This document shows positions 42,236 through 50,631 of a stretch of DNA of 64,000 nucleotides, piece after piece; positions within the stretch are counted from its first letter, which is position 1, and the number at the start of each line of letters is the position of its first letter. The stretch is from a virus: positions 117,589-181,588 of the IMG/VR virus record IMGVR_UViG_3300027754_000039; one strand, 5' to 3'. The notes below the pieces were generated by a model. That model worked only from the letters and a program-made list of their open reading frames with translations. It was not told the DNA's origin and searched no databases. The translations under genes and the position numbers were made by a program.

Positions 42236-42690
42236 TTTTTTCTAAAGGCATAGCAAGACCAATATTTGGATCCTACTGCCTTATATTGCGCTTGGCTATA
42301 TAAATTAGATCTAGACCAATCCTGATTAATGTGACCCACTGTCATATTAGCTAACATATCACTGTCAATAGTGGTAATTTTATTACCTGTTCTTGCAAAC
42401 ACCTTAAACCAATAATCCGAACCTGCCGGCTTGAATTCTATTGTTTGTAAAGCACCTTTTTGAAAATTAGTAAACAAATCTAATGCATTAGCCCATTGTA
42501 TTTTATTAAATCTTACAAAACCTAAATCATCTACTACGGTCAAACCTCCTTTGGTTTTAACTATTGCTCTATATGAGCCTTTGCGGCCTTGAATATTGTC
42601 AACTCGAGCTCTTTGTATTTCTGGAGTTACTACTACTAATTCCGGGGTTGTATATTCCGGGTTGAATGGGGTGGTTTTCATCTTTTTCAT
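42229..42690 (-). CDS. Hypothetical protein
   Basis: ORF between E4 and E3; its stop codon lies inside the E3 palindrome. Confidence 0.65.
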   Translation of the reverse strand: MKKMKTTPFNPEYTTPELVVVTPEIQRARVDNIQGRKGSYRAIVKTKGGLTVVDDLGFVRFNKIQWANALDLFTNFQKGALQTIEFKPAGSDYWFKVFARTGNKITTIDSDMLANMTVGHINQDWSRSNLYSQAQYKAVGSKYWSCYAFRKNN

Positions 42691-42716
42691 ATGTCTTATT
42701 TATTAATGTCTATACA

Positions 42717-42823
42717 TAAAGTTAAGTATTTAATTCCTATAATCCTAATCATTTGACAAAATAAGGCCATTGAGTATCAAGGAGTTACAGAAATCTGCAT
42801 CTTATTGAGTATCAATAAGTTAC
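42717..42823 (-). promoter_or_regulatory. Promoter + tandem palindrome element E4
   Basis: -7 box 42717-24, -33 box 42745-48, cores at 42770 and 42805. Confidence 0.85.
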
Positions 42824-42840
42824 AGTAGGTTTCATATACC

Positions 42841-42890
42841 TGTTGGCCCCTTACTCCTACCGGGGGTTCCGGGATCGTTCCTACCGAACA
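42841..42890 (-). ncRNA. Putative promoter-driven small RNA
   Basis: GC-rich folded segment directly after promoter 42894-42925; no ORF. Confidence 0.45.
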
Positions 42891-42990
42891 TGATAAAGAT
42901 AAGAAGAATTTTTCAATCTACCAAATCTATTTTACAGTAGGAAAGGATGCCACCCCTGACATCCCCTCCATTAGACATGAACAATATTTG

Positions 42991-43073
42991 TAGTCAGGGC
43001 AGGAATTGAACCTGCTGCCGTGATGGTAATGTTACAAATTTCTCACGAGCGCAACCATTGCGACTACCTGACT
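42991..43073 (-). ncRNA. tRNA-like RNA B (Tyr-GTA-like loop on an extended, bulged arm)
   Basis: AGTCAGG/CCTGACT-A; T arm GCAGG-TTCAATT-CCTGC; arm TCGTGA-GA-AAT-[TT GTA AC]-ATT-ACCA-TCACGG. Confidence 0.7.
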
Positions 43074-43286
43074 AAGCCTTACCTTGAGATTACTGGTAAG
43101 TAGTTATTTCGGTTTTCTATTTCTACAAAACCTGCGAGGCATCCCTCATGAAAAGTACCAACACTACTAGGAGAGAATGTGTCCATCTCTTTATCCTAAG
43201 AAGTCCCGCTCTGGCCGTAGACTTTCTGCCAACCTATTGTTAAATGAGTCTTAGGTCAAAGACTGCTGAGTATCTCTTACTCATTG

Positions 43287-43372
43287 TAGTCAGAACAGGA
43301 TTTGAACCTGTATCTTTAGGGCAACGCCCTTTAGGGCAACGCCCTTTGTGTTTACCGTTTCACCACCTGACT
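43287..43372 (-). ncRNA. tRNA-like RNA C (near-copy of A with a duplicated hairpin)
   Basis: Same D arm as A; 15-nt AAAGGGCGTTGCCCT tandemly duplicated in the anticodon position. Confidence 0.75.
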
Positions 43373-43485
43373 ATATTTAGGAAAGCAGAAGATGGGTGTG
43401 TGGACATCTACTTTTACGATTAGCATTACTTTGACTTCATTCAGTCCCCTCTCCCGCATGAGCAGTATTCCCTAATCAACCTTTG

Positions 43486-43554
43486 TAGTCATAGCAGGAC
43501 TCGAACCTACACCTTCCCAATACGAATTGGGGCTCTACATTGAGCTATATGACT
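43486..43554 (-). ncRNA. tRNA-like RNA D (6-nt anticodon loop)
   Basis: AGTCATA/TATGACT-A; GCTC..GAGC D stem; CCCAA-TTCGTA-TTGGG; GTAGG-TTCGAGT-CCTGC. Confidence 0.7.
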
Positions 43555-43626
43555 AACCCGGTTTTGCCTCGGAAGGCAGAGCTGCGATCTTCGGCGTCAC
43601 AGTAGCCAGCTTAGACTGAACAGGAA

Positions 43627-43971
43627 TTAAATAATAACTCCAAACACGTCTGCCATCTTTTCAAAATGTTCTTTAAAAATTCTACGGTTCATAATTTCCT
43701 TACCGGTAGCGTCTTTAAAGATCACATTCAACCTACGTCCAGTTGCATTAGCGCCTGTTACCTCGATTGTGTTACACTCTACCACGTTACCTTTACCTTG
43801 ACGGAAATTAACCGATTTTGCATCTACCGATGTCAACTTCATTCCAATTAAGGTTGCTGAAGGATTGGATTTTGCTACTTTAGTCGCTACTTTCTTAGTA
43901 GCTACTTTCTTAAATGCTGCTTTTAAATTCGCGCCTTGCGCTGATGTTGCAGTTACTGTTGCTGTACTCAT
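43627..43971 (-). CDS. Small basic protein with KKVAT repeats
   Basis: AAFKKVATKKVATKVAK; promoter at 44000-44031. Confidence 0.6.
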   Translation of the reverse strand: MSTATVTATSAQGANLKAAFKKVATKKVATKVAKSNPSATLIGMKLTSVDAKSVNFRQGKGNVVECNTIEVTGANATGRRLNVIFKDATGKEIMNRRIFKEHFEKMADVFGVII

Positions 43972-44027
43972 AATTGTTATTTTTTATTTTTATTATACTT
44001 AAATATAAGGACCTTTTTTCAAAGATC

Positions 44028-44885
44028 CTAATCATTTTTAAAATTCATTTGACTTAAATTATTTCTAAAAGTATCTTCATCTTTTGACCCCGGAAGGTTA
44101 AAGGATACTCTAGATAAAGATCCGTTAGGATATACTTTATATGCTATTTGAGCTCCATTTACAAATTTAGTGCGAACTATATCATAACGATTACCGTTAC
44201 CGTAATTACTTCTTCTTCCTTTACTATCATAACTTGTTTCATACCCATAATCGGTAGTGACTTCAGCGTCAGGATACTCAGCCTTGAAACGATCCACAGT
44301 AGTCTGTAAAGCATTTTTCTTATTCAATTCAAGCTTACGTGCATTATCAATTTTATCATTAGCAGTCTTAATCTTTTCCATTACAGATTTCACTCTGGAT
44401 AAAGCTTGCGTTTCTTGTTTATAGTCAATCCCAGGTCCACAGATATACATTTTATATCCTTTTGATTCTCCTTTTGATCTCCAAGATGAGCTATATACAA
44501 TTTGCTCATCAACTTTAACCTTTTGACCATCCTTATGGGATATGACAGCCGATTGACGTTCAAACACTTCCGACCAAACAATAATACATACCGGATTAGC
44601 TTCGCTATTGATATAGTCGCCGGTTACTTGAGCAGTCTCTTCCCAGGTTTTAATATCCATTGAATACTGAGTGGTATCAAAGTCTATCAAATACTTTCTC
44701 GCAGCGGCTATCTGCTCCTGGTCTTTCTTTTTAGTTGCAGCGATCTTGTCCTGCTTTGCTTTGATCTCTTTTTCCAATTCCAAAGCCTTTTTGGCTTCGG
44801 CTTCTTTTTTAGCTAACGCTTCCTTTTCGCGGATTAACGCTACCATTTCTAATTCTGCTGGGGTCAATTCTAGTGTCTTTGTCAT
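44028..44885 (-). CDS. Hypothetical coiled-coil protein
   Basis: K/E/A-rich N-terminal helix; follows E5. Confidence 0.65.
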   Translation of the reverse strand: MTKTLELTPAELEMVALIREKEALAKKEAEAKKALELEKEIKAKQDKIAATKKKDQEQIAAARKYLIDFDTTQYSMDIKTWEETAQVTGDYINSEANPVCIIVWSEVFERQSAVISHKDGQKVKVDEQIVYSSSWRSKGESKGYKMYICGPGIDYKQETQALSRVKSVMEKIKTANDKIDNARKLELNKKNALQTTVDRFKAEYPDAEVTTDYGYETSYDSKGRRSNYGNGNRYDIVRTKFVNGAQIAYKVYPNGSLSRVSFNLPGSKDEDTFRNNLSQMNFKND

Positions 44886-44918
44886 GTCTTTTTTTTATAA
44901 ATTAATAATGTCTATACA

Positions 44919-45017
44919 TAAAGTTAAGTATTTAATTCCTATAATCCTAATCTTTTGAAAAGATTTTCCTATTGAGAATCAAGGAGTTATATAACCTATT
45001 GATACTCAAGTAGTTAC
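44919..45017 (-). promoter_or_regulatory. Promoter + tandem palindrome element E5
   Basis: -7 box 44919-26, -33 box 44947-50, cores at 44972 and 44999. Confidence 0.85.
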
Positions 45018-45157
45018 ATTTTTCCTTCTAACACAGCCCCAAAAGTGAGTACTGCAACCAATATTACAAAGAAGCTAATAGCTATTAATGCTGTGCATAT
45101 AAAGTCCTTTGGGTTTTCCATGTACGCTAGCTTTAGCGCGGTCATCATTTTTTTCAT
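45014..45157 (-). CDS. Small membrane peptide (47 aa)
   Basis: Manually translated MKKMMTALKLAYMENPKDFICTALIAISFFVILVAVLTFGAVLEGKM*; the stop is the TAA of the palindrome arm. Confidence 0.6.
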   Translation of the reverse strand: MKKMMTALKLAYMENPKDFICTALIAISFFVILVAVLTFGAVLEGKM

Positions 45158-45250
45158 ATAGTCTTTTTTTTAAATAACACAGGAGGGGCCGATCCTTACT
45201 CTTATATGGCAGTCTCGCCTAGGCATTGATTTTTGAACCTCCTTAGGTTA

Positions 45251-45481
45251 TTATGCTTTTTTAGTTAAAGGAGTTGCAACACCGGCGATCATTTTATGAG
45301 GAATTCCTGCTATGATAATATATTTTGCTACCACGGCAGAACCTGCTGTCATTGGTACTCTCTTGTAATTTGATTTATACGAATTTTTGTCTTTTGCACA
45401 CAAAGCTAAAAAAGTAGCTTTGTCAATTTTTGCCATTTTTACCGGTTTTGAACTTTTGTCTGAATTTGCTGTCTTTGTCAT
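45251..45481 (-). CDS. Small Lys-rich hypothetical protein
   Basis: Follows E6. Confidence 0.55.
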   Translation of the reverse strand: MTKTANSDKSSKPVKMAKIDKATFLALCAKDKNSYKSNYKRVPMTAGSAVVAKYIIIAGIPHKMIAGVATPLTKKA

Positions 45482-45516
45482 AATCTAGGTTTTTGGTTTA
45501 TATTAATGTCTATACA

Positions 45517-45614
45517 TAAATTTAAGTATTTACTTTAATATTACCAAATCATTTGGTAAACAAAGGCCATTGATAATCAAGCAGTTACGTAACTCATTGA
45601 TACTCAATGCGTTA
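45517..45614 (-). promoter_or_regulatory. Promoter + tandem palindrome element E6
   Basis: -7 box 45517-24, -33 box 45545-48, cores at 45570 and 45597. Confidence 0.85.
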
Positions 45615-46526
45615 TTTTTTCACCACTGTATAATGATATCTATACCCGTCATGCTCCTGTTTAAGATATCCTTTATTAATAAGGGTTTCGCGGATCGGAT
45701 CATACTGCTGGTTCTTATATGCTGTGACCTTTCCTGATACTAAGGATCTCCCCTCCCATGATTTGAATCTAGCCAATTCAGGAAACTTAGCAATTTCAAT
45801 CATTCTATCCAAAGCTCCACGAGTATGGATCTTAGTTATCTTGTTGCTATATATATAGGAAAGGACCTGATGCATTGCTGCTCGCGAATTTGCGTTTATA
45901 CCTCTTTTCATATTAATTAAATTTAATGTAAAATGCTGGATCGTTTGTACTATATCTATATCCCGATCCATGGTTTTTAGTTATATAAGCCTCCACGTTG
46001 GAAACCATTGATCCCATTGACGTTTGCTTCAGCTCGCTATATATACGATCCGCAATGGTATGCAGAAGTCCAATGGATATACCTTTACCATACCAAAGCT
46101 TGGTTCGATACCCTTTCGCTCTCGGCTCTGTGAACATCCTAGAATAGGAAAGATCAAATTGGTCTACTGCTTTATGTATTGCAGTGAATAGCACTTTTTT
46201 CTGCTCCACGCTTAAGTGGTGGTAGTTTCTTCTGTCTTTTGGATTGATATTCATGGTATATATTATTTAATAATGGTTACGTCTTTAAACTTAATAGTAG
46301 CAGTGGTCTTATTGAGCATCATATCGAAGGTATACAAATCCATTTTGGTATCGCCCATATAGCTAACATTCATAGATCTATGATCTCCAGTAACATACCC
46401 ATTACAAATTACAAACACCGTTGGTGACCCACAAAACATTTGTCCTTCAACATGGAACTTTGTACCTGGGGTTTCCATAATCTTACGAAACTCTTTACGC
46501 GTCATTAGGTTATTTATCATCTTCAT
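45612..46526 (-). CDS. Three hypothetical genes (45612-45911, 45913-46254, 46263-46526)
   Basis: Tiled ORFs downstream of E7; two starts moved to internal ATGs to avoid overlap with a neighbouring gene or the promoter. Confidence 0.6.
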
Positions 46527-46543
46527 ATTTTTATGTCTATACA

Positions 46544-46641
46544 TAAATTTAAGTTATTTATTCCTATTTACCAAATCTTTCGGTGAAACTAACCTATTGA
46601 GTATCAAGCAGTTACGTAACCTATTGATTTCCAATAGGATT
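46544..46641 (-). promoter_or_regulatory. Promoter + tandem palindrome element E7
   Basis: -7 box 46544-51, -33 box 46572-75, cores at 46597 and 46624. Confidence 0.85.
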
Positions 46642-46753
46642 AGTTTACCAGCAAAAATACATTTGGCAGAGTGGAATTAATTACTTATATTATTCAAGTA
46701 TGTATGATGCTATATATATAGAGCGACACCGCCGTAAGAAAACTAAAAGAATA

Positions 46754-46785
46754 TTTGGTAGAACCGGAAGAGTTCTTTATATTAA
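46754..46785 (+). promoter_or_regulatory. Host-type promoter of the HTH gene
   Basis: TTTG-N20-TATATTAA, 53 nt upstream of the ATG. Confidence 0.7.
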
Positions 46786-46838
46786 TGTATAATAAATAAT
46801 AAGGGGCTATTCCCTAAAAACAACAAAAACAAAAAGTT

Positions 46839-47039
46839 ATGTTATCAACAGCAAACAAAGTGTATGTAATTGCGTCTCGTCAACGCAGAGGAGATGTTAC
46901 TAAAACCGCAGAAAATACTGGTTTCAGTCCATCTTACGTGTCTCGTGTATTTCGTGGCATTCGCAATAACGAAACAATCCTTTCTGAAGGGTATCGTATT
47001 GCTTCTCGTAGAATGAAAAATATCGATCCTAACGGATAG
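46839..47039 (+). CDS. Small helix-turn-helix DNA-binding protein
   Basis: GDVTKTAENTGFSPSYVSRVFRG HTH pattern; own promoter; not antisense to any gene. Confidence 0.75.
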   Translation: MLSTANKVYVIASRQRRGDVTKTAENTGFSPSYVSRVFRGIRNNETILSEGYRIASRRMKNIDPNG

Positions 47040-47552
47040 TATTATATTGTTCTATATATAGAGCGAGAGATTGAATTGGGATTGGCATCGACGTCGATCC
47101 CTTTTCTCATGTTGAGATCGGTCTATTAGGAAAGAAAACGGACTATAGAAAAAAATTGAAGATTCGATATATATTCATATTTGATTACCGCCTTCTCTAC
47201 TAGTCTTAAATCCTATTCAAATCAATTGCGTATACAACCTGTAGTCTACTTACATTCTAATAGGGTAATAGATATTACCTTTTCCATTCCGACTATATAC
47301 GTTAATCTGCAAGGTGCTAGATATAGATTCCAATTCCGGCTTTTCCACTACATTTGACTGTGAGCGCAGCTGTGCCTGAAGAGTATATACATATATATTC
47401 TATCGCTCTATACTCGTATACTCTTTAATATTATTGTTATTATCTTTATATAGAGCAATATATAGTATAGTATATAGGGTCGTTGTATATGAAGTATTTG
47501 TCTAGCGAACCCTGTTCGTCTCCGCAAAGATTCAGTAGAAAATATACAGTTG

Positions 47553-47580
47553 AAAAGCTAGCAGGGTCACTACTAGCTTT
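47553..47580 (-). terminator. Terminator at the end of the leader array
   Basis: AAAGCTAG...CTAGCTTTT hairpin. Confidence 0.6.
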
Positions 47581-47584
47581 AATT

Positions 47585-48001
47585 TTATTTAACTTTTTGT
47601 ATAGGAGCAATAACCTTATCTAGAAGTTTAGTTAACTCTTGTTCCGATCCATCGGTTAAAGTTGAAGCGCCAACTAAACTTCCTAAAGTTGATCCTTTAG
47701 GGCCGACAATAACATAAAGTTGATCCAGTCTAGGAGCTCCGGGAACTTTTTCATTTCTAACTACAATGCCATATTTATCACCTATATCATAAACGTAATA
47801 AGTATTAGTTTTTGTATGTTTACCTATAGGAGAGTTTTTGTTTGTTTTATGAATTAGCTTTAAATTCAATTGCTTATCCTTTGCATATTTTTCAAGCGAG
47901 GATTGTACAGAAGTAAGTTTCCATTCAGGATTGTAATAAGTTTCCTTAATTACTTTTTGAATTTCTTCCTTAATAATTTTTTGTAGCTCTGATTTTTTCA
48001 T
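47585..48001 (-). CDS. Leader-class protein (MKKSELQKIIKEEIQKVIKE)
   Basis: Shared leader; late-type motif at 48019-26. Confidence 0.7.
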   Translation of the reverse strand: MKKSELQKIIKEEIQKVIKETYYNPEWKLTSVQSSLEKYAKDKQLNLKLIHKTNKNSPIGKHTKTNTYYVYDIGDKYGIVVRNEKVPGAPRLDQLYVIVGPKGSTLGSLVGASTLTDGSEQELTKLLDKVIAPIQKVK

Positions 48002-48032
48002 TGTGTTTTATTTTATATATAAATATCGTTGT

Positions 48033-48524
48033 TTAAATCTTTACTATTACCGATCCATAGCTGTCTTCAAACTTCGCAGTTGGTATTTGCTTTTTGATAA
48101 ATGCCATGTATAAGTCATTTCTCTTAAAGCCTTTCTCGCCTTCCTTTTTTAAAGGCTCATACATAATGACTTTTATCATTTTGTTACGATTTAAATAATC
48201 TTTTATGATATCGACTATGGTAGACATAACTCGATACATTTCTCCTTTATTGGATACCGTAAACACATCGCCAGTATAATCGCCGGCCATGTTTGGCTCT
48301 GCACCGGGTATGATACCAAAGGACACGTCAATAGCTGCTAGTTCTTTATTATCATCATGAAAGTCTTCATATACATAATTCTCCAAAGCGACTTTATATG
48401 AAGTGTCTTGATCTGTTTTAAATGCAAAAAATACAGTATCTTCTTTAGTGAAAACTTTTTTCCATTTGTATGGAGTGGTTGTTGCTTCACCTACTTCTTT
48501 TAATATGTCTTTGAGTTTGATCAT
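48033..48524 (-). CDS. MIKLKDIL-leader protein, paralog family X
   Basis: NKGEMYRVMSTIVDIIK...RNDLY..FIKKQIP; similar to 48524-48997. Confidence 0.75.
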   Translation of the reverse strand: MIKLKDILKEVGEATTTPYKWKKVFTKEDTVFFAFKTDQDTSYKVALENYVYEDFHDDNKELAAIDVSFGIIPGAEPNMAGDYTGDVFTVSNKGEMYRVMSTIVDIIKDYLNRNKMIKVIMYEPLKKEGEKGFKRNDLYMAFIKKQIPTAKFEDSYGSVIVKI

Positions 48525-48997
48525 TATGATAGTGTTACACGATACTCCCCATGTCTGTAATCAACTTGAGCGTTAGGTAATTGCTTTTGTATATATGCTT
48601 TGTAAAGGTTGGCTCGACGAGTGTCATCTTCATAATTTTTATCAGGAACAAACTCAATTATCTTAACCGGCGGTTTACCTTCTTCAGCTATTTTAGCAAT
48701 ACAGTCCTTGATAATAGCAATTACAGTAGCCATTATTTTAAATTGCTCTCCTTTATTTGTTACGTCATGAAAGTCGCCTTCATCAGTTTTAAACATTACT
48801 GATACAATATTGTATCTGTCCTCGCTGGCTGTATTTACTGCCAATATAACTATGTATTTTAAATTGGACTCTGTCGTAAAATTGTAAGTGCGAATGTGTT
48901 TTCTTTCGTCTTGAAATAAACGTGGAGTGTATTTAAACTTGTATGGAGTGGCAGTGCCTTCACCTACTTCAGTTAATATGTCTTTGAGTTTGATCAT
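48524..48997 (-). CDS. MIKLKDIL-leader protein, paralog family X
   Basis: VTNKGEQFKIMATVIAIIK...RANLYKAYIQKQLP. Confidence 0.75.
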   Translation of the reverse strand: MIKLKDILTEVGEGTATPYKFKYTPRLFQDERKHIRTYNFTTESNLKYIVILAVNTASEDRYNIVSVMFKTDEGDFHDVTNKGEQFKIMATVIAIIKDCIAKIAEEGKPPVKIIEFVPDKNYEDDTRRANLYKAYIQKQLPNAQVDYRHGEYRVTLS

Positions 48998-49003
48998 TAT
49001 GAT

Positions 49004-49486
49004 TTACTTATTAGGCACAATATCTTTTACTTTATCAACAGCTATAATGTATTGTTTTATATTGTCAACTTTCTCATTAGGACCTTTAAAGGATATACGT
49101 TCTTCCTGCTCATCATATTGGCTAGTAGCATCAAAAAAGTTTCTTCTATCAGATTCTGATTCATCTTCTAACCAATCGTATTCCCAATTATCCGTATAGT
49201 CCCAGCCTGGTACGTATGCAAAAGGTTGTATTTTGTATTTGTTAGAAAGTTTATCGCCGTCAATCGTTATTCTATAATCTGTTTTTACATTCCAATTATT
49301 ACCTTTTCTATGAAAGTTTTTATTTCGAGTAAATGATATAAAATATAAAGTATGATCTCTATAGCTTTCAGTCGTTATGTTAAGTTCGTTAGAATCTAAA
49401 ATACTCTTTAATCCAGCTTTTGATGTATAATGATACAAAATGCCAACTTGTTTTGCCTCGTTTAGTATGTCGCGTAGTTTTATCAT
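49004..49486 (-). CDS. MIKLRDIL-leader protein, ADP-ribosyltransferase-like fold
   Basis: LYHYT...ILDSNEL...ISFTR...DEQEERI. Confidence 0.55.
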   Translation of the reverse strand: MIKLRDILNEAKQVGILYHYTSKAGLKSILDSNELNITTESYRDHTLYFISFTRNKNFHRKGNNWNVKTDYRITIDGDKLSNKYKIQPFAYVPGWDYTDNWEYDWLEDESESDRRNFFDATSQYDEQEERISFKGPNEKVDNIKQYIIAVDKVKDIVPNK

Positions 49487-50301
49487 ACCGTATGTATTTT
49501 TGTAATTAAAGAAGCTGGTAATCTGCCTTTGACTGCAAATTGTGAGGTCATTCTCATTGATTGTATTGCTGATGTAGTATCTACTTTTCCATGTTGCATT
49601 ACAGCTAACATTTGAATCATACTCATATTAGATTGAAAGTCATCATCTGCTGTAATCATTGACATTGGTATATTATCTACTTCAATAACAATAGGTTTTG
49701 TCTTAATACCCATTTTCTTATACGATTCAACTGCGTGATCTGCATAGTATGCTGCTCTCTGATAATCAATTGACCAATATGTTTTATCTTGAGAATCAGG
49801 ACCATAAAATTTATCCCATTTAAGAATTTCTTGATCTGTTTTAGATGGCGGAGTAATTCCTATTTTTTGAATAGATTCTAAATCTTTTGTTGTAGTACCA
49901 TGAAATGCTTTAGGAACTACATTGGAAAATGTAGCATCATATTGAATGAAGTCGGCAATTTTCAACGAGCCAATATTCTTTTTAACATTGGACATTGGAA
50001 TGTCAATTTTCCAAGTCATATCAACTAATTTAGCTTTAAGCATATCTTTAACTGCTTGTTGCATTTTTAAGATATCTTTGAAACTAGACCAATCATCATA
50101 ATCTTGCAGCTCAACTATTTTCTTTACAGGCTCAACACTCATAGGAAATATTTTATTCAAAACCATAGGTGGTGTCGCACCTGGTGACATAGCAACTAAA
50201 TCTCCATTGTTCCAAATTATGATATATGGTTTAGTTGTGTCAATTTTATCTATGTTTTGTATAGACTTTAATTCAAATAGTATGTCTTTGAGTTTGATCA
50301 T
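49483..50301 (-). CDS. MIKLKDIL-leader protein, H-type ADP-ribosyltransferase-like domain
   Basis: AFHGTT..DLESIQKIGI.P...TYWSIDYQRAAYYA...PIVIEV. Confidence 0.65.
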   Translation of the reverse strand: MIKLKDILFELKSIQNIDKIDTTKPYIIIWNNGDLVAMSPGATPPMVLNKIFPMSVEPVKKIVELQDYDDWSSFKDILKMQQAVKDMLKAKLVDMTWKIDIPMSNVKKNIGSLKIADFIQYDATFSNVVPKAFHGTTTKDLESIQKIGITPPSKTDQEILKWDKFYGPDSQDKTYWSIDYQRAAYYADHAVESYKKMGIKTKPIVIEVDNIPMSMITADDDFQSNMSMIQMLAVMQHGKVDTTSAIQSMRMTSQFAVKGRLPASLITKIHTV

Positions 50302-50307
50302 TTTAAT

Positions 50308-50631
50308 TTATTTCTTAACAAAAAAGTAGTGAGTATCATCATTTATAAAAATAAAATACACATCACTTTCTTCAGAGTATCTATATTCTGGTGTATATTT
50401 AGGATCAAGATCTGCTTTTTTTACCAATTTGTAATTGTCACTTGAAGGATCAATATGTAACCAAAACTCATCTTTAGATATTTTTTTAGCAGTATCCCAA
50501 GAATTGAAAAAATCTTCTTCATTGTCAAAAGCATTATTTATACATTCTCCATACTCATCAAAAGAGTTAGTACACGTACCTATGTAAATATAATCTTTGT
50601 TTTCCTTTAATATGTCTTTGAGCTTGATCAT
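50308..50631 (-). CDS. MIKLKDIL-leader protein, unknown domain
   Basis: Leader then YIGTC..SFDEYGEC. Confidence 0.7.
   Translation of the reverse strand: MIKLKDILKENKDYIYIGTCTNSFDEYGECINNAFDNEEDFFNSWDTAKKISKDEFWLHIDPSSDNYKLVKKADLDPKYTPEYRYSEESDVYFIFINDDTHYFFVKK

Larger units (their letters stand above)
16223..46785. promoter_or_regulatory. Dispersed Bacteroidota-type promoters TT(T/A)G-N20-TAnnTT(T/A)A
   Basis: Exact 20-nt spacer checked at 19118-49, 26562-93, 30286-317, 31162-93, 33103-34, 33709-40, 35048-79, 36168-99, 42894-925, 44000-31, E1-E7 (minus strand) and 46754-85 (plus strand). Confidence 0.85.

Noticed and set aside
42991-43554. Calling elements B, C, D as functional tRNA-Tyr, tRNA-Asn, tRNA-Arg
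   Set aside because: None has a canonical 5-bp stem with a 7-nt loop in the correct position, and A1-U72 is atypical for these identities. Reported as tRNA-like instead.
37458-46641. E1-E7 as a CRISPR array
   Set aside because: Repeats are separated by whole genes (0.6-3.4 kb), are degenerate and contain promoters; no cas genes in the window.
37458-46641. Palindromes as integron attC sites
   Set aside because: The TAAC/GTTA arms overlapping stop codons are suggestive, but the promoter-side arm is usually degenerate, the RYYYAAC...GTTRRRY layout is not met, and no integrase is present. Fixed spacing to the promoter fits a regulatory role better. A recombination role is not fully excluded.
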